In this document: piece by piece, positions 39,110 through 49,520 of the stretch | Position numbering within the stretch: position 1 is the first letter of the stretch | Layout of the letters: each line of letters starts with the position of its first letter | From: an uncultured Mucispirillum sp. | GTDB lineage: Bacteria; Chrysiogenota; Deferribacteres; Deferribacterales; Mucispirillaceae | NCBI GenBank assembly: GCA_944326705.1 | Contig: CALVEY010000006.1 | Coordinates: 1,397-65,396, forward strand | Length of the DNA stretch: 64,000 bases | Direction: 5' to 3' | Program-made: the position numbers and the translations under genes | Notes under the pieces: model-generated | The model's database searches: none | Told to the model about the DNA's origin: nothing | Seen by the model: the letters and a program-made list of their open reading frames with translations, nothing else

Positions 39110-40501
39110 TTGAATAGCGTATTTGGCAGGTTTTCCCATATACATTTTGTAGGTATAGGTGGTATAGGCATGAGCGGTATTGCTGAAGTGCTGCATAATA
39201 TGGGATTTACAGTAAGTGGTTCAGACATAAGCGAAAATGCTAATGTTAAAATGCTTAGAGATATGGGCATTAAAATATGCATTGGTCATGATGAAGCAAA
39301 TGTTGAAGGGGCAGATGTAATTGTTTATACAAGTGCAGCCCGTGATGATAACCCTGAGCTTGTAAGAGCAAGGCAGGAAAGAAAACCAGTTATTAAACGC
39401 GGCGAAATGCTTTCTGAGCTTATGAGATTAAAGTTTGCAGTAGCAGTAGCAGGTTCACATGGTAAAACTACAACTACTTCTATGGTAGCAGAAATTGTTA
39501 AAGCTGCTAAATTAGACCCGACTATATTAATAGGCGGCAGATTAAACAGCACTAACAATAATGCAAGCTATGGCAAAAGTAACATAATGATTGCAGAAGC
39601 AGATGAAAGTGACAGGTCATTTTTAATGCTTTATCCATCTATTGCAATTATTACAAATATAGACCATGAACACATGGAAAGTTATAAAGATTTTGATGAT
39701 GTAAAGACTAGCTTTACAGAGTTTGCAAATATGGTGCCTTTTTATGGCACAAGTGTGCTTTGTATTGATAATAATAATGTGGCAGATATTATTCCAAACA
39801 TTACTAAAAGATTTATTACATACGGCACAAAAGCTCAGGCTGATATAAGAGCAGTAAACATTAAAAAAGACGGCTTTGGCGTATCTTATGATGTGAAAAA
39901 AGGTGAAGATATTTTAGGTCATATAGAAATAAATCTGCCTGGAGACCATATTGTATTAAACTCTCTTGCAGCACTAACTGCAAGTATGGAGATGGGCATA
40001 GAGTTTGAGGTAATAGTAGAAACTCTTAAAAACTTTTCCGGCGTGCAGAGAAGAATGTCTATAAGATATAAAAGTGATAAATATATTGTTATAGATGACT
40101 ACGGCCACCACCCAACAGAGATTGCAACTACATTAAAAGCAGTTCGTGAAGCAAGCCCTGAAAGTAGTATTGTGGTTATATTCCAGCCACACAGATACAC
40201 TAGAACAAGGGATTTAATGAGCGATTTTGCAAAATGTTTTATGGATGCAGATAAGCTTTATATTACAGATATATATGCAGCAAGTGAAAAAGCTATTGAA
40301 GGCATAACAGCAGAAAAATTAATTGCAGAAGTAAAAAATCATGGATTTAAAGATGTATCATATCTTCCAAATTTAAATGATTTTTTACCTAGCCTTGATG
40401 AAAGCACAGAAAAACATACAATTATTATGACTTTTGGTGCTGGCAGTATTACTAATTTTTCATATACTGTTGCAGATTATTTAAAAGAAAGGGGTAAATA
40501 A
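39110..40501 (+). CDS. murC: UDP-MurNAc:L-Ala ligase
   Basis: TTG start; GIGGIGMS, GSHGKTTT, EADESD, DDYGHHP, FQPHRY. Confidence 0.98.
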   Translation: MNSVFGRFSHIHFVGIGGIGMSGIAEVLHNMGFTVSGSDISENANVKMLRDMGIKICIGHDEANVEGADVIVYTSAARDDNPELVRARQERKPVIKRGEMLSELMRLKFAVAVAGSHGKTTTTSMVAEIVKAAKLDPTILIGGRLNSTNNNASYGKSNIMIAEADESDRSFLMLYPSIAIITNIDHEHMESYKDFDDVKTSFTEFANMVPFYGTSVLCIDNNNVADIIPNITKRFITYGTKAQADIRAVNIKKDGFGVSYDVKKGEDILGHIEINLPGDHIVLNSLAALTASMEMGIEFEVIVETLKNFSGVQRRMSIRYKSDKYIVIDDYGHHPTEIATTLKAVREASPESSIVVIFQPHRYTRTRDLMSDFAKCFMDADKLYITDIYAASEKAIEGITAEKLIAEVKNHGFKDVSYLPNLNDFLPSLDESTEKHTIIMTFGAGSITNFSYTVADYLKERGK

Positions 40502-41400
40502 TGGATAAAAATAGCAAAATATGTGTTATTTACGGTGGAATGAGTGCAGAAAGGGAAGTATCTCTTAAAAGCGGCAAAAATATGGCAGATGCTCTTTTAA
40601 AAAATTTCCCTAATGTAACATTAATAGATGCAGATTTTTCATTAGCTGAAAAATTAGCAGCATTAAAACCAGATTTATGTGTTATTGCTCTGCATGGCAC
40701 ATATGGTGAAGATGGCTGTGTACAGGGTATGCTTGAAATGATGGGGATACCTTATACTGGTGCTGGTGTTGCTGCAAGTGCTGTTGCTTTTGATAAACTT
40801 TTAGCAAAACATACATTTATTGACTATAAACTTCCAACTCCAAAATATGTTATCTTAAAAGAAGATGACACAGAGCCGCCATTTATGCCATGTGTTGTTA
40901 AACCAGCAAGGCAGGGCTCAAGTATTGGTGTTACAATAGTTAAAGATAAAAAAGACTATGCAGCAGCTGTGAAAGTTGCATTTAAATATGACAGCAAAGT
41001 ATTATGCGAAGAATTTATAGAAGGTAAAGAGCTGACTATTCCTGTTATGGAAGGTGAAGCTTTCCCACCTATATGGATACGCCCTAAAAAAGGCTTTTAC
41101 AACTATGAAAATAAATATACTGCTGGTATGACAGAATATCTTTTAGATACTGGTTTAAGTGCTTCAAGGCTTAAAAGCCTGAAAAAACTTGCAGTAAAAG
41201 CATATAATGCCTGTGGCTGCAGGTCTATGGCAAGAATAGATTTTATTGCAACAGATAGAAAATTTTATGTGATAGAAGTAAATACTGTTCCTGGTATGAC
41301 TGCCACATCGCTTGTGCCAAAATCTGCCAGTAAGTTAGGTATTTCTTTTGAGGATATTGTAAAAAGAATTGCAGAAAGTGCATCACTTGATAATAAATAA
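40501..41400 (+). CDS. ddl: D-Ala-D-Ala ligase
   Basis: GGMSAEREVS, HGTYGEDG, GSSIG, EVNTVPG. Confidence 0.97.
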   Translation: MDKNSKICVIYGGMSAEREVSLKSGKNMADALLKNFPNVTLIDADFSLAEKLAALKPDLCVIALHGTYGEDGCVQGMLEMMGIPYTGAGVAASAVAFDKLLAKHTFIDYKLPTPKYVILKEDDTEPPFMPCVVKPARQGSSIGVTIVKDKKDYAAAVKVAFKYDSKVLCEEFIEGKELTIPVMEGEAFPPIWIRPKKGFYNYENKYTAGMTEYLLDTGLSASRLKSLKKLAVKAYNACGCRSMARIDFIATDRKFYVIEVNTVPGMTATSLVPKSASKLGISFEDIVKRIAESASLDNK

Positions 41401-41417
41401 AGGAAGGGGATAAGATA

Positions 41418-42095
41418 ATGAAAGGCGGCATTATCAAACTTATATTATTATCAGGGCTTGTATTTGGTGTAGGCTTTGGCACTGCAACAATAGTTAATAA
41501 AATTAAACAGACTAATGTATTTGTCATCAAAAGTGTAGAAGTGCAGGGCGTGATAAATGCAGACAGGCAGGCTATCAAAAAAATAGGTGCTCAGTTTATA
41601 GGGCTTAACCTTTTTGACAGCAGGCTGAAAGAAACTATTGTTTCAGATGACCCATGGGTGCAGCGAATAATAGCAAGTAAAGTATTACCTGATAAAGTTA
41701 ATTTAATAGTTTATGAGGAAAAAGCGTTATTTCCTTTTAAAAACAGGCAGAACAAATGTTTTGTATTTACAGGCAGCGGCAAAGAAATGCCTGCAGAATG
41801 TAATAATGTAAATATAAAAACAGAAAACAAAATTCATTTTGATAATGCTATGAAGTTTGCTGCTATTTTAGAGCAGATGCCAGAACTTAGGGATAAAAAG
41901 ATTACTTTAAAAGATTACAGCTTTGAAGTTGTAATGGATGATGAAGTGCTTCACTGTCCTTATGATTATGAGCTTTTAAAAAATAATTATGCATTATATG
42001 AAAGCACAATTAAAGAAAGATACAAAAGCATAGAATATGCTGATTTAACTGTAAATAATAGAATATATGTAAAGGGGGTGCTCCATGCCTCATAA
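41418..42095 (+). CDS. ftsQ: Cell division protein FtsQ/DivIB
   Basis: TM helix plus POTRA-like domain (PWV...P..V.L.V.E), between ddl and ftsA. Confidence 0.8.
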   Translation: MKGGIIKLILLSGLVFGVGFGTATIVNKIKQTNVFVIKSVEVQGVINADRQAIKKIGAQFIGLNLFDSRLKETIVSDDPWVQRIIASKVLPDKVNLIVYEEKALFPFKNRQNKCFVFTGSGKEMPAECNNVNIKTENKIHFDNAMKFAAILEQMPELRDKKITLKDYSFEVVMDDEVLHCPYDYELLKNNYALYESTIKERYKSIEYADLTVNNRIYVKGVLHAS

Positions 42096-43323
42096 GGATA
42101 ATATATATGTAGGGCTGGATATTGGCACAACAAAAGTATGCACAGTTGTTGCTCGCCAAAATGCAGAGGGCGGTATTGATGTTATTGGGCTTGGTTCTGC
42201 TCCAAGCACAGGTATTCGCAAAGGTGTTGTTGTAAACATTGATTCTACTGTTAAAGCAATCAAAGATTCTGTTGCTATGGCAGAAAGAATGAGTGGTGTT
42301 ACAATTAAAAGTGTATGTGCAGGTATTGCAGGCGGCCATATTGAAAGTTTTAATGAAAATGGTGTTGTAGCTGTTAAAAATGGTGAAGTTACTGCTCAAG
42401 ATGTAGCAAGAGTAATAGAATCAGCATCAGCTAAAAATATACCTGTAGGTTATGAAGTGCTGCATATTCTTCCTCAGCAGTTTAAGCTTGATGGACAGGA
42501 CGAAATAAAAGACCCAATAGGTATGAGCGGCGTCCGTTTAGAAGTAGATGTGCATATAGTAACAGGTGCAGTTTCTTCTGCTGCAAATATTACTAAATCA
42601 TGCTCAAAAGCAGGCATTGCTGTAGAAGATATTTACTTAGAACAGCTTGCATCAAGCGAAGCAGTATTAACTGATGAAGAAAGAGAGATTGGTGTTTGCT
42701 TAATTGACGGTGGCGGCGGCACAACTGATATGGCTGTATTTAACAGAGGTGCATGCTATCATACTGCAGTATTACAGATTGGCGGCAATAACTTTACAAG
42801 AGATTTAACAAGCGGTCTTTCTACAAGTGAGGCAGAAGCTGAAAAAATAAAAATAACAGAAGGCTGTGTATTAACTGACTTAGTAGGACCTGATGAAGTA
42901 ATCAGCGTGCCATCAGTTGGCGGCAGACCTCCAAGAACTATATCTAAATCAGTTATGGCTCAAATATTACAATTAAGAGCAGAAGAAATATGCGAACTGT
43001 TTTTAGGTGAGCTTAAAAATAAAAAATTAATAGATATGCTGCCTGCAGGTGTTGTAATGACTGGCGGTATGTCAAACTTTAAAGGTATTGAAGAGCTTGC
43101 TTCCCATGTTTTAGGGTTAAATGTGAGAGTAGGTCACCCAGTTAATATTGGCGGGCTTTCTGACCAGGTAAATAACCCAATATATGCAACAGCAGTTGGG
43201 CTTGCAAAACTTCATGCAAAAAAGGGCCATTCTCAAAACCTTATAAGCAGCGATTATAGTGAAGACGGCTTATTTAAAAAGGTCGGGGATAGAATGAAAG
43301 ACTGGTTAAAAGAGTTTTTCTAA
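42085..43323 (+). CDS. ftsA: Cell division protein FtsA
   Basis: GLDIGTTKV, DGGGGTTD, TGG, YATAVG, C-terminal amphipathic WLKEFF. Confidence 0.98.
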   Translation: MPHKDNIYVGLDIGTTKVCTVVARQNAEGGIDVIGLGSAPSTGIRKGVVVNIDSTVKAIKDSVAMAERMSGVTIKSVCAGIAGGHIESFNENGVVAVKNGEVTAQDVARVIESASAKNIPVGYEVLHILPQQFKLDGQDEIKDPIGMSGVRLEVDVHIVTGAVSSAANITKSCSKAGIAVEDIYLEQLASSEAVLTDEEREIGVCLIDGGGGTTDMAVFNRGACYHTAVLQIGGNNFTRDLTSGLSTSEAEAEKIKITEGCVLTDLVGPDEVISVPSVGGRPPRTISKSVMAQILQLRAEEICELFLGELKNKKLIDMLPAGVVMTGGMSNFKGIEELASHVLGLNVRVGHPVNIGGLSDQVNNPIYATAVGLAKLHAKKGHSQNLISSDYSEDGLFKKVGDRMKDWLKEFF

Positions 43324-43420
43324 AAGTAAATTATATAGTAAGTAAATAAAAAGTAAATAAATAAAAAATCAAATGCTGTTATTTATTATGGCGGAAAATA
43401 ACAGCAAAAGGGGATATTAT

Positions 43421-44569
43421 ATGGACGATTTATTTTTAAATGAACAGATACCTTATGAGCATGGTGCTGTTATCAAGGTAGTAGGTGTAGGCGGTGCAGG
43501 TGGCAACGCAGTGGCAAATATGGTTGCAGCAAATATAGGCAATGTAGAATATATTGCTGTAAATACTGATGCACAGGCTTTAAAATCAAGTGGAGCAAAC
43601 ACTTCTATACTTATTAGTAAGTTAGGTTTAGGTGCAGGTGGCAGACCTGAAAAAGGCAAAGAATATGCACTTGAAGCAATTGATGAAATCAGAAATGCTA
43701 TTAAAGGTGCAGATATGGTATTTATTACTGCTGGTATGGGTGGCGGTACAGGAACAGGGGCAGCTCCAGTTATTGCAGCAGAAGCAAAAGCTAGTGGTGC
43801 ATTAACTGTTGCAGTAGTTTCTACTCCACATACAACTGCAGGTGCAAGACGAAATAATATTGCAAAAGAAGGTTTAGCAGAACTTATTAACTATGTAGAC
43901 TCTTATATAGTAGTTCCAAACGATGGTATGCAGGATGCAGGCCACAAACTTACACATAAAGAAGCATTAAGAATGGCTGATGATGTTCTTCGCCAAAGTA
44001 TTCAAGGAATATGTGAAATAGCTGGTGTTAGAGGTCATATTAATATTGACTTTGCCGATGTTAGAACAGCTATGGGACAGCAGGGTAAAGCTGTTATGGG
44101 TATAGGCACAGCAAGTGGCGATAACAGAGCTAAACAGGCTTTTGAAAATGCATTAAAAAGCCCGCTTTTATCTGATACTAATATTAAAGGTGCTTATGCA
44201 GTCTTATTAAATATTTCTGGCAATGAAGATGATTTATTAATGGATGAAGTAGCTGAAATTCAGGCTCTTGTAAATGAGCATGCAGGTAATGACGCATTAA
44301 TTATTGACGGTAACTGTTATGATGGCAGGACTGATGGCACTATATCTGTAACAATTGTTGCAACTGGTATTAATCATGGCAAAGGTCCAGAAAATTTAAC
44401 AAAAGTAGATGAAATTAAAAAGGCAAAACCAACTGGTGCAGTAGTTACAAGTATGCAGGATAAACTTAAAAAAATATCTAGAGAAGACCATAATCTTCAA
44501 GGTATAAGCAACAGATTAAACGAAGATTATTTTGAAATACCAACATACTTAAGAAAACAAAACGACTAA
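43421..44569 (+). CDS. ftsZ: Cell division protein FtsZ
   Basis: GVGGAGGNA, NTDAQAL, GMGGGTGTG, INIDFADV, tail EIPTYLR; ATG 43421 has an AAGGGG RBS (ORF track starts at 43373). Confidence 0.98.
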   Translation: MDDLFLNEQIPYEHGAVIKVVGVGGAGGNAVANMVAANIGNVEYIAVNTDAQALKSSGANTSILISKLGLGAGGRPEKGKEYALEAIDEIRNAIKGADMVFITAGMGGGTGTGAAPVIAAEAKASGALTVAVVSTPHTTAGARRNNIAKEGLAELINYVDSYIVVPNDGMQDAGHKLTHKEALRMADDVLRQSIQGICEIAGVRGHINIDFADVRTAMGQQGKAVMGIGTASGDNRAKQAFENALKSPLLSDTNIKGAYAVLLNISGNEDDLLMDEVAEIQALVNEHAGNDALIIDGNCYDGRTDGTISVTIVATGINHGKGPENLTKVDEIKKAKPTGAVVTSMQDKLKKISREDHNLQGISNRLNEDYFEIPTYLRKQND

Positions 44570-44570
44570 T

Positions 44571-45632
44571 ATGAATATCGTCCATTTAATCAATGTGCGG
44601 TGGTTTAATGCCACCGCATGGTATGCTTTTAGGTTAATAGAAAGCGGTATACTTGCAGGAGATAAGGCAGCTGTTGCAGGGCTTTATGATTCTCCAGTAA
44701 TTAAGAAGGCAAAAGAGTTAGGGGTGCATACTATAGAAGCGCCTTTTACTTCTAATAACTTTTTTGAATTTTTTAAAAACCTGAAAAAAATACACAAGTT
44801 GATTAAGGATATTAATGCTGATGCACTTGTATGTCACAGGGGTGAAATGTTTTGGATAATCGCTCTTGATAAGTTTATATTTAGAAGAAAGTATAAGCTT
44901 ATAAGGGTGCGTGGCGATGTAAGACCGCCTAAAACTGATATATTCAGTAAATTTGCCCATAATATTGCATGCAGTCATATTATAACTTCTGCGGAATTTA
45001 TTAGAAAATTTTTTATAGAAAAAGTAAAAACTAACGCAGCTCATGTAGATACAATATATGGGGGAGTAAATAGAAGTGTTTTTTATAAAGATGAAGAAAA
45101 AGGCAGAAAAGTAAGGCAGCATTATAATATTAAAGATGATGATTATGTAGTCAGTGTTGTTGGCAGGTTTGACCCTGTAAAAGGTCATAATATATTTTTA
45201 AAAGCCTGCAGCAAAGCGTATAAAGACGGCTTAAAAGAATTAAAGATTATACTTGCAGGCTTTCCAGAAAATATTAAGCTTGATGAAATGCAGCAGATGA
45301 TAGAAGATAATGGCTTAAAAGATATAACTATGATTACAGGTAAAGTTGATGATATTACAGGGATAATGAATGCGTCAGATTTAGGAGTAATATCATCTTT
45401 AGGCAGTGAAGCAATATGCAGAGTTGCTATGGAGTTTATGGCATGCGGCACACCTGTAATATCAAGTAATGCTGGAGTTCTGCCAGAAATGCTGCCTGGT
45501 GAATTTAGATATGATATATATGATGATGAAAGGCTTGCTTGTTTAATAAAAGAGAAAAAAGGCTTTATAAAAATATATGACCAGAAAGATTTTTATAATG
45601 AATTTATAGAAAAGATAAAATCACATTCATAA
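44571..45632 (+). CDS. GT4-family glycosyltransferase
   Basis: VGRFDPVKGH, S..EAICRV.MEFMACG.PVI.S. Confidence 0.88.
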   Translation: MNIVHLINVRWFNATAWYAFRLIESGILAGDKAAVAGLYDSPVIKKAKELGVHTIEAPFTSNNFFEFFKNLKKIHKLIKDINADALVCHRGEMFWIIALDKFIFRRKYKLIRVRGDVRPPKTDIFSKFAHNIACSHIITSAEFIRKFFIEKVKTNAAHVDTIYGGVNRSVFYKDEEKGRKVRQHYNIKDDDYVVSVVGRFDPVKGHNIFLKACSKAYKDGLKELKIILAGFPENIKLDEMQQMIEDNGLKDITMITGKVDDITGIMNASDLGVISSLGSEAICRVAMEFMACGTPVISSNAGVLPEMLPGEFRYDIYDDERLACLIKEKKGFIKIYDQKDFYNEFIEKIKSHS

Positions 45633-45721
45633 AATTAAATATCTGTATTTTATATACATAAAATTTATTAAAATAGAATATTAACTATATATTTCTTTCA
45701 GCTAAATATGTTTATAGACTA

Positions 45722-46553
45722 TATCCTTATTCAGCAGATGTGCTTGTGTTATTTTATTATCTTTGCGACTTAATTGTATATGAGCAATTTTTTCGTAATG
45801 ATTTGCTGTCAGATTGTCTGAGCGATAGCGAGTTGCTGCAGCAATGGAGAAAAAATTGAGAATGATTATACAATTGGAGCATAAGTAATAAAATAACGAA
45901 ATATTACTTACTGAGTTTTGCGGCGGTGTGATAGTTTAAGAAATATTAAAAATGAATTTTGAGTAATATAAATACTATTTTGCATTTACTGTGGTATTTA
46001 CAGTTCAGATACTTCGCTATTGGCTCAGTATGACATAATGGCAGCGGTTTTAAGCTGTCAGTAATTACCGCACACTGTCTATTCTGAGCAAAGGGAAAAA
46101 TTTGGATTTATAAAATACAGGAATTAATTATTATTTAGTAAAAATATTTGATTAAATATGTGTATAAATTCTATCCTTATTTAGCAGATATGCCTAAGTT
46201 ATTTTATTATCTTTGCGACTTAATTTCTTATGAGCTGTTTTTTTGTAACGCTTAGCAATCTGATTGTTTGAGCGGTAGCGAGTTGCAGTTGCTGTAAAGA
46301 AAAAACAGCGAATGTTTAAGGAATTGGAGCATAAGTAATAAAATAACGAAAAATTACTTACTGAGCTTTGTGGCGGTGTGATAGTTTAAGAAATATTAAA
46401 AATGAATTTTGAGTAATATAAATACTATTTTGCATTTACTGTGGTATTTACAGTTCAGATACTTCGCCATTGGCTCAGTATGACATAATGGCAGCGGTTT
46501 TAAGCTGTCAGTATTTACCGCACACTGTCAATTCTGAGCAAAGCGAAGAATCT
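45722..46553 (+). repeat. Tandem non-coding repeat, two copies at exact 450-bp offset (45722-46093, 46172-46543), with structured hairpins
   Basis: About 370 bp align without indels; no ORF in the track; compensatory substitutions in a 150-nt hairpin; TGTCA-tagged inverted repeats. Confidence 0.92.
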
Positions 46554-46626
46554 ATCTAATTAAGTATATAAATATTAAATCTTTATTAAGAAATTATTAT
46601 AAAAACTTTTATCCTGCATAAATATT

Positions 46627-47976
46627 TTATCTTCCCATTACTTTTTTAATAACAGCAGTATTTCTCCACAATATAAAGCCTAATATAAGTGTAGCAGTTT
46701 CAGCAAGTGGCACTGCAATATAAATGCCTGTTTCTTCAAAAAATAAAGGCATAGTAAATATAAAAATCACAGGCAGTATTAATCCCCTAGATAATGCTAC
46801 TACAACAGAATGAAGTGGTTTTTGAAAAGCTGTAAAAGAAGAGCTGTATACCATATTTAAACCAAGAATTAAAAAAGCATATTTCATATAATCTGCAAAG
46901 ACAAGAGCAATATCAAAAGCATCTTTATCTGTTACAGGGTTTAAAAGTGTTGCTATTATTTTTTCTGGAATAAAAGTAAATAATGCAAAAACAGAAGCAC
47001 CAATAAATATTACAGAAATACGAGAAAGAGATAATATTTTTTGTATTCTTTTATACTGCATAGCACCATAGTTTATAGAGATTAATGGCACAAGGGAATC
47101 ACCTACTGCATAACAGAGCATATTTGTTGCCCATAAAGCATAGTTTATTACAGCAAATGCTTCTACACCATAAGTGCCAAGGTTCTGCACCATTATATTA
47201 TTAAATAAGTATGCAACAACAGCAACAGATGCTTCACTTAAAAGCTCAGATGAGCCGTTATATGAAGCATATATTATTTCTTTCCATTTTCCTATTTGTT
47301 TTGTTAAATACACTCTGCCTTTTTTTAGTATAAAGTGAAATAACATTAAGAATGTAGAAGTCATAAATGAAATCCCTGTTCCAAGTGCTGCACCAGATAT
47401 ACCCATATTCATTTTTACTATAAAAATATAGTCAAGTATAAAGTTTAATACTGCACCTAAAAGCACAGCAGTAGAAGCAAGATATGGGTTGCCGTCAGTT
47501 CTTATTATTACAGAGAGCGAATATTCTAATGCCTGAAATAAAAAGAAAATAGATACCATTTTAAGATACGGCACAGCATACACCATTATTTCATCATTAG
47601 CACCTAAAAGCCTTGATACTTCTTCACTGAATATAAAACTCAAAACAGTAAAAAATAGTGATATTACAGTTATAGTTATCATTACTTTTGTAAAAACGGC
47701 TGATGCTTTATTTACTTTTCCTTCTCCAAGATATGTGCCAATAAGCACAGCAGCACCAATTGTAAGCATAATAGAAATACCAAATACTACTGTTATAAGT
47801 GGGATAATTATATTGACAGCAGCAAGAGCAACACTGTTTACATAGTTACCTACAAAATAACCATCAACTAGTGCAACAGAGCTCATAGCAATAAGCCCTA
47901 CCATATTTGGTAAAGTAAACTTAAAAAAAGTTTTGTAAATATTGCCTGATGCAATTTCTAATTCATTATATTTCAT
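46627..47976 (-). CDS. MATE family efflux transporter
   Basis: About 12 TM helices; VDGYFVG, LAAVNI, RTDGNP, NFILDYIFI...GAALGT. Confidence 0.93.
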   Translation of the reverse strand: MKYNELEIASGNIYKTFFKFTLPNMVGLIAMSSVALVDGYFVGNYVNSVALAAVNIIIPLITVVFGISIMLTIGAAVLIGTYLGEGKVNKASAVFTKVMITITVISLFFTVLSFIFSEEVSRLLGANDEIMVYAVPYLKMVSIFFLFQALEYSLSVIIRTDGNPYLASTAVLLGAVLNFILDYIFIVKMNMGISGAALGTGISFMTSTFLMLFHFILKKGRVYLTKQIGKWKEIIYASYNGSSELLSEASVAVVAYLFNNIMVQNLGTYGVEAFAVINYALWATNMLCYAVGDSLVPLISINYGAMQYKRIQKILSLSRISVIFIGASVFALFTFIPEKIIATLLNPVTDKDAFDIALVFADYMKYAFLILGLNMVYSSSFTAFQKPLHSVVVALSRGLILPVIFIFTMPLFFEETGIYIAVPLAETATLILGFILWRNTAVIKKVMGR

Positions 47977-47980
47977 AATA

Positions 47981-49318
47981 TCACCTCTTTAATAAAAATT
48001 TTCTACTTAACATAAATAAAGTAGATGCAAATAATAAAGTAATAAATTCGCTTACAGGAAATGCTATATAAATACCTGTTTTTCCAAGTATATATGGTAA
48101 AGTTAAAATCATAGCAGATGGCAGTATAAGAGCATCTAAAACTGCTATAACAGATGATTCCTTTGGTCTTAACATTGCAGTAAAATAAGCGGATAATATC
48201 ATATTAGTGCCGCTGAATAAAAAGCCCCATTTTATAAAAGACATAAACTCTACTGCCATTATAAAAGAATTTGAATCTTTGTTTGTAATAAATAGACCAG
48301 TAAGATTTTCATCAAATAATGTTGCGATTATAAATAATAAAATCCCATTTACAGATGAAAAAATAATACCAATTTTTAAAAACTTTTTTATACGAGTAAA
48401 ATTACCTGCTCCATAATTTGTAGATATTAATGGGTTTAATGCATCTGCTGTTCCGTAAAATATTGTTCCTGCAATCCACATTAAATAATTAATAGCAGCA
48501 AATGCAGCAACACCTTCTTCATATGCATATTTCATTATAATAATATTAAAAAGTGCCATAGTGAAACCAATGGATATTTCATTTAAAAATTCAGAAAATC
48601 CATTAAAGCTTGTTTTTATAATTCCTTTTAAATCTTTAATTTTTATAAATTTTAAAAAACCTTTTCTTAATAGAAAATGTATAACCATTATTAAAAAACA
48701 TACTGTAAATGATATACCTGTGGCATAAGCTGCACCAGTTAGTCCATAGCCCATAACGGCAATAAAAATATAGTCTAGAATAACATTAGTTACTGCACCT
48801 GTTATAATTGCAAATGATGCAGTAAAAGGAAACCCATCTACTCTTGCAAAAACAGTTAAGCTGTACCCTATTGTATTAAAAAATATAAAAGGTATTAAAG
48901 TTTCAATGTATTTTGCTGCTAGTGGTGTTGTTATATCGCTTCCGCCAATTTTTTTAATTATATCTTCTGCAAAAAAATAAAATATTATAATTACTAATGC
49001 AGATAACAAAGCTATTGTTACAATAGATTTTGTAAATATATGGCATGCTTTATTAATTTGTTTTTCACCAAGATATTTTCCTGCTGCCACTGCCCCTCCT
49101 ATTGTAACCATTATAGAAATACCCCATACAAAACTAAAAACAGGGTTTGCTATATTAACAGCAGCAAGATTTAATTCACCAGCATACATACCTATAAATA
49201 CAGCATCAACTATACCAGCTGAGCTGTATATTAACAGACCAAAAATATTAGGCAAAGCATACTTAAAAAACAGATATATTTCATTTAATGTTGTTATATC
49301 TGACTGTTGTTTATTCAT
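47981..49318 (-). CDS. MATE family efflux transporter (tandem paralog)
   Basis: VDAVFIG, LAAVNI, RVDG.P, NVILDYIFI...GAAYAT. Confidence 0.93.
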   Translation of the reverse strand: MNKQQSDITTLNEIYLFFKYALPNIFGLLIYSSAGIVDAVFIGMYAGELNLAAVNIANPVFSFVWGISIMVTIGGAVAAGKYLGEKQINKACHIFTKSIVTIALLSALVIIIFYFFAEDIIKKIGGSDITTPLAAKYIETLIPFIFFNTIGYSLTVFARVDGFPFTASFAIITGAVTNVILDYIFIAVMGYGLTGAAYATGISFTVCFLIMVIHFLLRKGFLKFIKIKDLKGIIKTSFNGFSEFLNEISIGFTMALFNIIIMKYAYEEGVAAFAAINYLMWIAGTIFYGTADALNPLISTNYGAGNFTRIKKFLKIGIIFSSVNGILLFIIATLFDENLTGLFITNKDSNSFIMAVEFMSFIKWGFLFSGTNMILSAYFTAMLRPKESSVIAVLDALILPSAMILTLPYILGKTGIYIAFPVSEFITLLFASTLFMLSRKFLLKR

Positions 49319-49343
49319 AAATATAATCCTAAAATAATATTTA

Positions 49344-49361
49344 AATATACATATGTATATT
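49344..49361. promoter_or_regulatory. 18-bp perfect palindrome, possible operator of the MATE operon
   Basis: AATATACAT|ATGTATATT, 25 bp upstream of the MATE ATG. Confidence 0.35.
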
Positions 49362-49520
49362 ATTATGAGCCTTTGAAAATATATTGAAGAAAATTTAAAA
49401 AAAATATTATTTATAATTTAAAAATTTACAAAAACCCAATATTGCAGATAAGATATTCCTACCTGTATGTTGTAAAGTAGTATTTTTTACATATAAAAAT
49501 ATAGAAAAATACTGTTTGAA

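Noticed and set aside
45722-46553. CRISPR array or IS element
   Set aside because: Only two long units, no spacer pattern, no transposase ORF, no terminal inverted repeats with target duplication
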